This document shows positions 52,976 through 64,000 of a DNA stretch of 64,000 nt, one piece after another (position 1 is the first letter of the stretch; each line of letters starts with the position of its first letter). Below the pieces are notes generated by a model, which was not told the origin of the DNA, did not search any database, and saw only the letters and a program-made list of their open reading frames with translations. Source of the DNA: Enoplolaimus lenunculus (lineage: Eukaryota); NCBI GenBank assembly GCA_030248215.1, contig JASANG010003338.1:310001-374000 (forward strand), in the 5' to 3' direction. The position numbers and the translations under genes are program-made.

Positions 52976-54366
52976 GAGCAGATGACTTGGGATTGATGTT
53001 TATTTGGCCACTTCAGCGGTTACCTTTATTTGGTCTATTTCCCGTTGGCTGTTTTAAATTTGATCGTCAACGTATAAACGGAGGTCTGCCTCCGGCGCCG
53101 GCTGCAGTAGAAAATGGACCTCCGGCATCGGATCTGGTAGAACTTTTGCCGGATGTTCCGGCAATTTTGATAGTGAAACTTTGCATAGTTTTACAAAATT
53201 TATCTGGTTGGTGTGTTTGTTTTTCACATTTGGCACAATTTTGAGGACAGAAACGCCGATATTTCGTTAAAAAATTAAGAGTAGACCAAACGATTTAACA
53301 ACACATTCCAGGGCGCAAAGTATAATGGTGAACAAACTCATGAGTGAAACTAGTGAGAAACCAATTTTTACCTCCGGCTCCGGTACTCACGGTTGGAAGC
53401 GCCTCGGATCCAAATATTGGGGCTGCGTGCTTAAGGTACCATGAGCCCATAAAACAGACCGTTCGTTTGATATTGTAATTAGAATAAGATACTCATTTTT
53501 TTAACCTTAATTCCTATCAGTTTTCATAAATACTGCCGTCATTTGGTATCAAGAAGTTTGAAACGTAGGGTTACGTTCAGCAAGAATTTCGAAGGAGAGT
53601 TTCTTGAGTTTTTAACCCGCAATTTTGCACCTATGCGGTTGTAAACACTTTTTAAGCCACTGTCCTATCAAGCGAGCTCGTTGGTTATCCAGTATCTTAG
53701 AACTGCAGACGTTTCTGCTGGCTACTTCAAGAAATTTGCTAACTACTGGCGTGAAAACAAGCGAAGGTGGCAACGTAGTAACCGGTACTCGCAACCTTTT
53801 GCATCTGTCGGTCGTTGGAGCTCTCGCGGCTCTAATGGAAGTGCACTGAATAAGATTTGGCGAAATATGATAAATAGTGATATGTTTATATGGTTTGTTT
53901 GTTTTGTTTGCTGCTCTAAACCTGTATGAAATTCGCGGGCCCTAAAAACTTGGCCGGTTCCAACCCTGCCAATACTTTTCACCTCCGGTTGCACCACGGT
54001 ATATACAGATTGTCAAAATGAAATTTTAAGTCGTAATCATATTTCTGCATAATTCTGTTTCGGCAATTCCCTGCTAGCTGCCAACAATAAATAAGTAAAT
54101 GACGCAACATTTAATAAATATGCAGTAACATTGTTCATGCGATAAGATACGCTAGACGGCAGATATTGCAACTCTTAATAAAAGCTTTCAATGAATGTTA
54201 TCCTGCACCAGGTATTGCTTTCCATGGGGTTACATCACCTAAACAGCACAAAATGCCTAGCGGACTACAAATAGCCAAAAAACATTGAAGTACATTATAT
54301 TAATATTAAAAAATATCACAATATTTATCACACGCTATATCCACAAATCAATCTAGTGACAGCATC

Positions 54367-57300
54367 CTAAAGTTTTCGCTTAAATAACGAAGGAACCACA
54401 GCAGATCCTGCTGTATCCGGAGTCGAAGTTGCAGTTGAAACAACTGTACTACCAGGCACTCTAGCTCGTTGGGGATCCATACGCTCTTTGAAATCCTTAA
54501 ACTTATCCATCATCTTTGACCGCATGGCATCAACTCCAATATCAGGTGCACTGGTGAGCGCGGTAGCTTGAATGCTACTTAACGACGCCAAAGTTGATGA
54601 TCTGAAATACTTCAGCAGTCGAGACGACATACTTTACACAGTGTTTATTTCTAGACAGTTTACACGGACATCAAAAGCAATGCAAACTAGCAAACAGAGA
54701 TTCCAACAATTAAATGTACAGACGATTTCTCATCCCCCACAAAAATGTCCTAGGGCTTCCTTCTTCCAAGAAATCCTCCTAGCGCAATTCCTTCCCCGAA
54801 TTCATTCCGGATGATTTTTTTTGCTGTAGCAGGATGAATACTCCCTTATGAAAAATTGTTCAGGACTATTTTCTCTCACGGCTGTTCCTCCCCTTGCATT
54901 CGCACGATTATAACTTTTCCGATAGATCTTGGTTGTGTACAGGGTGACTATATATTTGCACATCTACAATAGACTATCCTATGCTCAAGGTGTTAACGGA
55001 TAGTAAAAATAACGGAAACAAATAGTGATCAAGTAACAAAAACGGAAAACGGATATTGATGTATAGACCTTTCAAAGATGTTTTATTTTTCTGTCAACAC
55101 AATTAAGGCGTGCAAATGTTCACAGGGCTTTCTAAAATTTTACAAAAAAATTAATGTGCACCGAAATTTTTCAGATTTTAAACAAATTTCACAATTTCTA
55201 CTCCATTTCGAAAAATTGCAGCATATCTGTATAATGAAAAATTACGGCATATATACGTGATTTACAACTAGTTTTGAGCGTAAAAATAACAGAATTTCTG
55301 GAAAGTAATTTTTACCCGAAAAAATATCCGGTTACAGCCTGCCTCTGTTAGATTATAGGCTTTAGGGTTTAAGCAGAGGTAATCAATGCAGGAAGAGAAC
55401 AAAAGTTTGGTTTCGGCTTCATAGTGCTTCACAGGAAGCTAAACGTGGCCGAAGTCAAAGTCAATCAAACATCATCGAAACAGGTTTCAATTTTGTGAAA
55501 ACTACTGATCAAAAACAGCAAGCGGCAAAAAATTTACCTGCAACCCATAATCTTAGTGATGCCACCATAGTACCAGTCGTAGTGGGACTACATTTATTGA
55601 GCGAAGCTCGAACGCACGTAAGCAATTAAGGTAATATGCAAATTATTTGTTAGCTAACTATTCATTTATCGGTTTTGGAGGTTTGTAAGCAATTTCCTTA
55701 GATTCCTCGCACCCAAAAACCTTCAGTAAACCGTAATAATTATTGAAATATTTTAAAAAGTCCTAGTTTTGTCTTGTCAATTAAGCTAATATGCAAATTA
55801 ACTGTTAGCTAACTATTCAATTATCGGTTTGGGATGTTTGTAAACTATTTATTCAAATTCCTCGCACCAAAAACCCTTTAGTGCTGAAATTATATTGCTT
55901 TTAACCTTAATAACCTTAATAATTAGTGAAATAATGTAAAAAGTCCTAATTTAGGCTTATAAACTATGCTAATATGCAAATTATCTATTAGCTAACTGCT
56001 CAATTATCGGTTTTGGAGGTTTGTAAACAGTCTACGCAGATTCCTCGCACCCAAAAACCCTTTAATGCTAAAATTAGATTGCTTCTAACTGTAATAATTA
56101 GTGAAATATTGTGGAAAGTCCTAATTTAGGCTTAATTAATTATGCAAATTAGCCTGTAGCTAATAAACAGCTCAAAATTTTAAAACCCCAATGCGAGGTT
56201 AACACCCCAATATGATTGGCTTTCAAACAAAAAAAGTTTATTAAAATCGGTTCAGCCGTTCCTGAGATTCTTTTCGGACGGACAGACGGACGGACGGACA
56301 TCCACCTTTCGACCCCCAAGTACAAAACATAAAACGCTTCGCGAAACTCCGAGCTTCGCTCGGAGTTTCGCTTCGCTCAAAAAGAAACTGACGCATTACT
56401 TGGATGGAACAGAGAGAGTCACGTTCGCTGCTATCAATACTACTGTTACGTTTTGCCGAATCTGACAAAAAACTCAAAATTGTCTTTCCACCCTGCTCTG
56501 ATTGCCTGTGCTAAATACTAGGAGTGACATTAAATAGTCCAAAACTGGAATTTCTCACGAGGGAGTATAAGTGAGAAACACTGTTCTGAATAATTTCGGG
56601 TGAAGAGTGTCCTAGAACGATTTCTACGGAAAAGGGGCTGAGAAATTGTCCTGTCCTAGGAAGATTTCTCGGGTGATGCGCAAGCTTGATTTCTTCAGGG
56701 AGGGGAATCGTCCGGGGAGAATTGGTGCGACGACGCCGATTATTTATCGCTACGCAGTAAATTACAACTTCTGTGATCCATAATACCTATCCAGTCTTAC
56801 GTTAGTTTTCGAACTTTCTGCGTTGTTAACCTATAAATTTGCACGATGTCACGATCTTACACACCTTTATTAGCAAAAAACATCAAAAATCATTAAACTG
56901 AATCTGAAATAATTACTTGGCATCGCCAGCTGCACTTTGCGACGTCACTGTTGTCGATCCAGGGGCGTCTAATTTCGCTTGCAGTTCTTTGACAATGGAA
57001 CTTGCGACTTTTGAATGCTCGGCGTCCAACTCACGTTGAAGAGAACGAATACCAGGAAGGAATGATTCTGCGATTGCACATCTCGACACATGACAACACG
57101 ACATGGCTGAGTAGGCTTCGAAAAGTGACACTATCACAGAACGTTTGCGGCCAGAAACGGGAATGTGTGCTGATGTTGCAGTTGCAATTGCAAGTCTTGG
57201 CAGGACAACTGTTAATACAGAGAACAAGTAGATCGCTAAATAGTAGCAGTCCTTGTCGTAGACTTTGCAACAGTTGTCAATTAAGATATACATGCATTAC

Positions 57301-60300
57301 ATTAACTAAAGCAGCGTTCATTAAAAATTACTTTTGGAACAAGGGGTTTATACTCAGCTTACAATATACTAAAAAAGTGCGTGTCATCCATACACATTCA
57401 AACAGTGCGATAACACTGGCACAGATGCAGGCACCAAACGTTCTCTAGTGAATTCCTTGTTCTCCGATTTAACAGTGTCTGCGATTTTTGAAATATTCCT
57501 CCGAATTCAAAGTAATAGCAACATTAGGTAGACAGAACACTACACAAATCACGTAAACAGTCAAACTCAAACGGAACAAAATACAATCTGCGTCAATTTA
57601 GCGAATAAATTTATGCAACTATATTACATTTCAGTTATTCCATATTAAAATCGCTCTAATGTTGGAGTTCGGCTGCAACGGGATATTAATAATTACCAGT
57701 TCTCTTAAAATTATTTTATCAGACCTGGAGCCGGACAGTAAATCTCATACCGGAACCGTATCTTGACCGTGTTTACCATAAAAATTTGTGTATTTTAGAT
57801 AGTATTTGAGTCGTGTTAAAATTATTTGTTGCTCTGATTTTTCATGTTACTTCAGTGTCAAAAGTTAAGCTTCTTGACTCGCCCGGAAATACGGTCGCGC
57901 AAATGTCCAGCGTTTCCACATGTAATATGCAGTTGTATGTTATTTTGCACCACAACAGCAACTCCGGTAGGTTTAAATCAGATACAAATGGCGAATACGG
58001 ATGTCGGTTTTATTGCCGGATTTTAAACCGGAACCGAATATCCGGTCGATCGCTGTACGGCGGATAACAAGCATTGTCTTACACGTCATAACACCTGGGT
58101 ATTCGCTGGGTCCCTACTGAGAGAGGGGAATTACCACCCAAGATCGAATCTCCAGAACACTGCAGCTTACAGCTATCGCGAAAGTGTGGATCTAGATTTG
58201 GAGCAATCAGAGTGAACATACGAATCAGTGCAAGTGTCATGTCATACGTATCATCAGCGTCTGGTGGCAGGTTTTCATCAAAGAACGTCGCGAGCTGCAC
58301 ACGAATTTTTTCTTCGATCTAAAACGAACCCTAAATACAAGCATGAGTTGTGATGGTTATTACTAACCAGTACAACTTTAACAGAGAATATAAAACAAAA
58401 CCCTGCCGAAAACATTCGGTTTCATTTTGTCAAGCTGTAGATGACAAAACATTTTATCAAAAATCGCAAAGTTGAGTTTAGTCTAGTTGACCTTCCTTGG
58501 AATTTCTATCTGTAGTTATCGATTCGATAAAGCAAAAAAATCTGCACTTACTATTTCACAACGCCTATAATCAATTTTCCGATTTTCAGTACAGGTTTTG
58601 CCAATTTGAACCACGTTAAGCGAACCTTTTTTGCCAGGCGCCACCGCTCCATAAACCGGGTTTTCTCACTAACCAGCAAATCAAAATAGTCAGTCTTCTG
58701 TATTTATATTTAGATCTGGCATCTAATACTAAGGAAAAATTATTACACAATTTTCGCAGAGTCCATAAAAAAAGCTGTTTCGATGTCGCCTATCTCTAGT
58801 TACACAATGCGAAAACATACGTCAGGATTATTAACCACTTCCAATGCTGCTCCAAATCCTTTTACAGTTTCGACACGAACACTCCTGAAAAACAATCCCC
58901 AAACTCTCCGTTTAAACTATTCATAGTTTAAAATCAAAATGTTACTTTTAACTCACCGATGATTGTCACATTTTCAACACCACATAAAACATGTTTGCAG
59001 TTTTAATAAAATTTTAATACCATTTCCTCTAATACATTGAATTTTGTCGGTAAAAATCTTGCCTCGCTCCGTTGTGTAGACCTAATTTGATTAGATATTA
59101 CCGTAGCGAGATGCATTAATTACTGTCATTTAACAAATCAACTCGAATTAATATACTGAGCTTATTAGATATTACAATTGTGAGAAGCACTAATTATTGT
59201 CATTAAATAAATCAACTCGAATTAACACACTGAGCTTTGTTTTTATCTTTTTCAAACACAATTTGGCATTAAGGAGTTCATGTTTAATAAATTCAAAGCA
59301 TTTTAACCTTTGACCTTCATATAAAATCAGCTTCGAAGCTAAACAAAAGGCAACCAAAACCACTTACAAATCTCTATCCGACGCTAGAGTAATTAAACCT
59401 GGAACAACTCTTGTTGCTAACAATTCATCCGAAACCGTTTTAACTACTGCATACAACGCCGATGCCACAAACCGCCGAATTGCAATTGATTCGCTAATTA
59501 TTGACTCGCATAGCAGATCAACTACTAAAGCCTGGTCTGAGTATGTTTCACTAAAACAACATTATAATATCATAGATAAAGCGGCAATTCAACAGTTAAT
59601 AGATCAGAACAAATCGCGTCTGCGACCGAATGCATCCAAGAAACGACCAACCAAATTAAAGCCGCAGTATGAAACGCCATCACTATCGCAGTTTAATTCT
59701 GTCCGTGACTGTATGATGAAAGCCTTTCCTAACGTATTAAATATGCAGCATTCACAATAATTATTTAGCGCTGGGCACCAAAAACGACATATGGCTGCGC
59801 AGTGTCAGAGTAAGTTTATGTGTGTTTTCATTATTATGTTACGGCAAACATGGCGCTAATGAAGAGCGATGGTGAGGGTATGAACAGTGACTTTACCCCA
59901 AATGAACTGAAGATTGCACCAGGGGAACTCAAGTCCGGGAAAGCAGCAGGCAGCGACGAAATCACAAGCGAGATGCTTAATGCACTTGGAACAATAGGCC
60001 AGAAATCCCGCTGAAGATCGTGAACCTATCATGAACCCAAGGAGTCATTCACGCAGACTGGAAAAAGGCTACCATTATCCCGATCCGCAAAAATGGAAAA
60101 AGCGGTAGAAACACCTGGCTCCTACCGCCCTGTATCCCTGACGAGCTGTGTGGCAAGGTGCACGGGGAAGATGGTGAAGAACCGAATGAGCTACGTACTG
60201 GAGTCGAAGAATCTCTGGAACAACTACCAAGCAGGCTTCCTGAAATTGCGAGACACAGAAGACCACCTGATTCGAATAGCTCAAGATGTTTTGGATGGAT

Positions 60301-63300
60301 TCCAAGCAAAAAAGATGCAAATGACAGGAATGGTGCTTGTGGACTTCTCAAGGGCATTCGACAAAGTCTGGAAAGGCCGATTGCTGAATAAACTACACAA
60401 AATGGGAATCTTACCATGAATGCTCCACTCAAGAACTTCCTGGCCGATAGAATTGGGAGGGCAAAGTATGAAAAGGCAACAAGCGGATACAGACATTTCT
60501 GCGAAGGCGTTCCACAAAAAAGCGCGCTCAGACCGATGGCTGTTTATGCTATTTATGAATGATATACGCAGTGCCTGAATCAATTAAAACGTTTCTATTC
60601 GCGGACGACCTCGACTTCTGGAGCACAGCAAGAACTATGGTCGAAATTGAAGAATATCTACATGACTCAATGGATTCGATAGTTGAACGGGTAGACACGA
60701 ACAAGATGACAATCAGTGCGGAGAAGACAATCCAAACAGTTTTTACCCGGTTCAAAGGAAAACAGCTCAAATTCGACCCCCCCCCCCCCCCGATGTTTCT
60801 CGGACTGACCTTTGACCAGAAACTATCCTCCAAGAGCCATGTTGAAAATGTGGCACGCAGAATGGAATCAAAGACGAGTGCTCTGCGAGCTGTCACTGGC
60901 AAATCGTGGGTTAAAACAAAGATGACATGCGCTGACTTTACCTCAGCTACATCCGCTTTGTCGCTGAATACGGTGCAAATGTTTATGGGATTTGTGCAAG
61001 CGGAAACGTGATGGAGAAACTTGAAATGAAAGAAAAGGCTGCCTGCAGAGTGATCACGTGCTGCGGTATGAACACCCGTACAGACAGTTTGATGGTTGAG
61101 GCAAAAAGCTGGCATAAAATACGAAAAATCAACCACTTGCCGAAAACTCAGGCCTTAGAAAAATATAGAAAACTTTTCATCAAATATGTTATAACAAAGC
61201 TAATTTCCCCAAATTTTTATCGCAATCTTGAAGGCCCACACAGTTTTTCAGAAAACTCTTTGTATCCATGAATACTATAATGCAGTTTCTTCGCCATCTC
61301 TCTATCGTTCTTAATACCAAAGTTTGTAAAATACTCAAGCATCTTGCGTTCTAATTAACATTTCAGTGCAGATTTTTGATTACTTACATTAAAACCTTTT
61401 CTTTAAATTGTTGAACACTGCCTCAGATTTCATGTCAAAACTATATAAACCTGACCCGCTATTGTTTACCTTAATTCAGAAATAGCTACCAAAAGTGAAC
61501 CCCGTGGACCATAAACATCTGCATATTGTTGAATGCACAATTTCAAGTACCGCACTAAATCGCATCTATCCTGATCCTATAATAAAAGCCATATTGCAAA
61601 TTTCATGAAATTAAAAAACCTAGTAACACATTGTTCGTTATTACAATAGCACGGTCATAACTCAAAGAATCATTCAGTACAATAGAAGCTTTTTGTTTAC
61701 TATTAATACTAGTTAAATTGCTGGCAACATTTTGTAACGACAAAACAATTCCAAGCATGTGCAGCAGACCAAGGCTCCCATTAATACCTCAATAGACTTA
61801 AAAGTGAAGAATTCTACAAGTAAAAAATAACTTCACTAACCGTGACATACGCAGCCAAAACACCTGCAATGAAAACTGGAAGACATGCGTGACTAATTGG
61901 ATCTTTGAACAAATCAGCACCTCCACCAGCACCTCCTGAAACCAAAATTCTCTCCTGGAAATATACACGCGGTCATTACTTCACACATTATGGTTAAATT
62001 TCGCACGACAGAAAATCATGGTTTATTATAAATATATAATCGATGGTGCAGGAACTTTACAGCCTTGCTGTGATTGTCATAATGGAACTTCAACATAAAT
62101 TTCTTCATGGTAACAATCGAAAAATTGTAACCAAATCATTGCTACTTACCTTGTTTGGTTGTAAGTCGCTCCAAAAACATAGGTTTTAATGTATTCAGTG
62201 TCCACGGCCGTCCAAACAACCGACAGAGTACAGATATAAACCGAATCGCCTGTCGGAACACTTTATTTACATTGACGTTCAATTTTGATAAACAATCCAA
62301 AATCAGAGGAATCCTGACGTCAAACAGTAAACAATTTACAAGATGAACACGAAGGAAATTGTTATTAAAACTGATATCCCTACGCTGGCTTAGAAAATTT
62401 CGACATGCTATAGAAATCACTTGAAAATAACGGCAATCCAAATAGTCAACTTTTTTATCGTATCAACCTGTAACGACAATATGCTTTTCTGTAATTTCTA
62501 AATTAGAATAGTGAAAGATTAGGGCGGTGAAAGCAGCACATAAATGAAATTACCAAATGTTTACATAGTATATTCGAATCCTTCAAAGAAATTTACACTG
62601 AACATTGCATGTTTCTGCCAACTCACATAGTTTTCAATACATAATCCAGCTGTTCCCATGTCTGATACCATTCCTCGTTAACATGTTTGTCATATAAGAC
62701 AGTAAGAGCTCGAAATATGATAGGGTCTCCACCGCACAGCGTTGCAGGATGTTCGAGAGGAATTTGCGTTGACGGATAGCGATTTACTAAAACACTCTAT
62801 CTACATGACTAAATAGTAACTGAAAATAGACTATGACATTTTCAAATTTTAACATCACGCGACCCATATCTAGAAAACTCTGGTATATGCGGATGAGTAA
62901 GATGAGCTTGGTATCATATTTAAACCGTCAATTGCAAAAAAACTGAGTAAGAAGCGAACATAACTGAGTATATTAGTAGGCATCATAACCTTAATTTGAA
63001 CTTGGACACATGCAAAGAAGCACCATAAAACAACGCACGTGAGCATTCTAGAATGCTGTGCATTAATCCAAAATTTTAAACAGATTGATCCATTTTTTGT
63101 AATGAATGACAGTTAGTGTGACACCATTAAGCAATAGGGTACCCACAGGAAGTGCAGCTACACCCCAAGGCACATATCAGCCATGCACCTGTGCTTACCA
63201 TCGATATCAATATGCCCACTATTGTCTTTAATGAACTCATTAACGCGAGACACAAACACTCCAGTTGACAACACAGACCAGTAAATGAAGGAAGTAATTG

Positions 63301-63772
63301 TATTCATACAACGAAAGTAGCTTCCGAGTAGCGTTTCGTTTGCCGACTGCGAAACTCCACTTGTCTAAAAAAGTCACAGAACTTCATTAAGTTCTACGCG
63401 GAATACTAATGAGAAAATGTAAACCCCACCTCAACCCACATCCCATTTAATAAACCAAATTTACAAACCCATAACGTATATAGCATAAACTGCTGTGTAG
63501 CAAACCTCCAACAAACATTCTCCATAATCTCCAATTTCCCTCAACAAAACGAAAGAAATTTGTAAAAAATAGCGTCATGTAAATCATATTCATTGAGAAA
63601 CTATTACTTGCAAAATCTGGTGAATTTTCTTCAAAAATAATTCGACAACGCCAGAGTTAAATCGGTTGATTTCAAGCGCCCATTGTGTAAAACCTGGAAG
63701 TAAATGATCACGCGCCGTTGTGGCGACACTATCGTCGGCGTCCAGTATCATTTTTTGTACGAGATCAGATAT
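54367..63772 (-). CDS. RELCH: RAB11-binding LisH/coiled-coil/HEAT-repeat protein (RELCH/KIAA1468 orthologue), 3' part only; 5' end lies beyond the window
   Basis: In-phase exons on minus: 63772-63608, 63364-63199, 62786-62627, 62313-62150, 61935-61841, 61576-61470, 59550-59368, 58884-58821, 58318-58171, 57208-56917, 54601-54367. Colinear similarity to remembered RELCH motifs: LCRLFG, RVVPGLITLASD, VQLATFFD...PNLDPHFRD, LFEAYSAMSCC...FLPGIRSL, C-terminal LFKRK. Confidence 0.88.
55573..56380 (-). mobile_element. Helentron-associated / DINE-1-like element in the last RELCH intron
   Basis: Reverse copy of 35030-36074 with a 5' palindrome GCGAAACTCCGAGC-TTC-GCTCGGAGTTTCGC, a (GGAC)n microsatellite near 56280, internal tandem units and an intact 3' stem-loop. 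Confidence 0.78.
59880..61110 (+). mobile_element. Decayed non-LTR retrotransposon (LINE) reverse transcriptase fragment, probably I-group (Ingi/Nimb-like), antisense inside a RELCH intron
   Basis: RT motifs occur in order across stops and frameshifts: KSGKAAGSDEI, DWKKATIIPI, SYRPVSLTSCVA, YQAGF, VDFSRAFDKV, GVPQ, FLFADD, FLGLTFDQKL. Boundaries are approximate and the clade call is tentative. Confidence 0.9.
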
Positions 63773-64000
63773 CTGAAATCAATTTACATACTACCGTATG
63801 ATCACGTATTCCTTCCTGAATAAACAAAAGTTTCGAAATTGCTAGTTAGACAGAGCAAACACATTACAAATTCCTTTTTAATGCCACGACAGACCACATA
63901 AACGTTTCCTAAAATTCTGTCAGTCAAACTGTACAATCGGTGAAAAGTAGAAAAAACTACAGCAGAGGCTAAGCAACTACAACGCTCAAAGTGTATCTGC

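Noticed and set aside
48987..54366. RELCH-MCM3 as a nematode operon (same strand, adjacent)
   Set aside because: The gap is about 5.4 kb and contains TEs, far longer than typical intercistronic spacing. There is no direct evidence.
60549..61136. 195-aa minus-strand ORF
   Set aside because: Antisense shadow of the LINE RT fragment.
61936..61954. Upstream TTCCAG acceptor for a RELCH exon
   Set aside because: Out of phase with the preceding donor and gives a stop. The TTTCAG at 61936 fits.

Overview
AT-rich eukaryotic genomic DNA, most likely from a nematode. This is inferred from TTTCAG/TTTTAG acceptors, degenerate TTAGGC/GCCTAA tracts and a nematode-type MCM3 segment ([12 protein letters not shown]). 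I rebuilt five spliced genes by hand with phase-consistent GT-AG introns: a 4-exon DEG/ENaC channel (+, 9786-13941, 642 aa), two tandem 6-exon Golgi-type carbohydrate sulfotransferases (+, 17138-22809 and 25643-32980, 351 aa each), a complete 19-exon MCM3 (-, 48986-34211, 826 aa), and the last 11 exons of a RELCH/KIAA1468 orthologue (-, running off the right edge). Introns and intergenic DNA are dense with non-autonomous transposons, identifiable by termini and target-site duplications. These include 13 copies of a TA-flanked ~430-bp MITE, hAT-type (8-bp TSD), Merlin-like (carrying telomere-like repeats), PIF/Harbinger-like, piggyBac-like and Helentron/DINE-1-like elements, plus a solo LTR and a decayed LINE reverse transcriptase. 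I see no unmistakable new biological system. The best leads are a divergent DEG/ENaC subunit, patchy homogenisation of the sulfotransferase pair, a perfect partial-exon duplication inside MCM3, and two candidate structured RNAs at MCM3. No database searches were run; family calls rest on remembered motifs and all counts are by eye.
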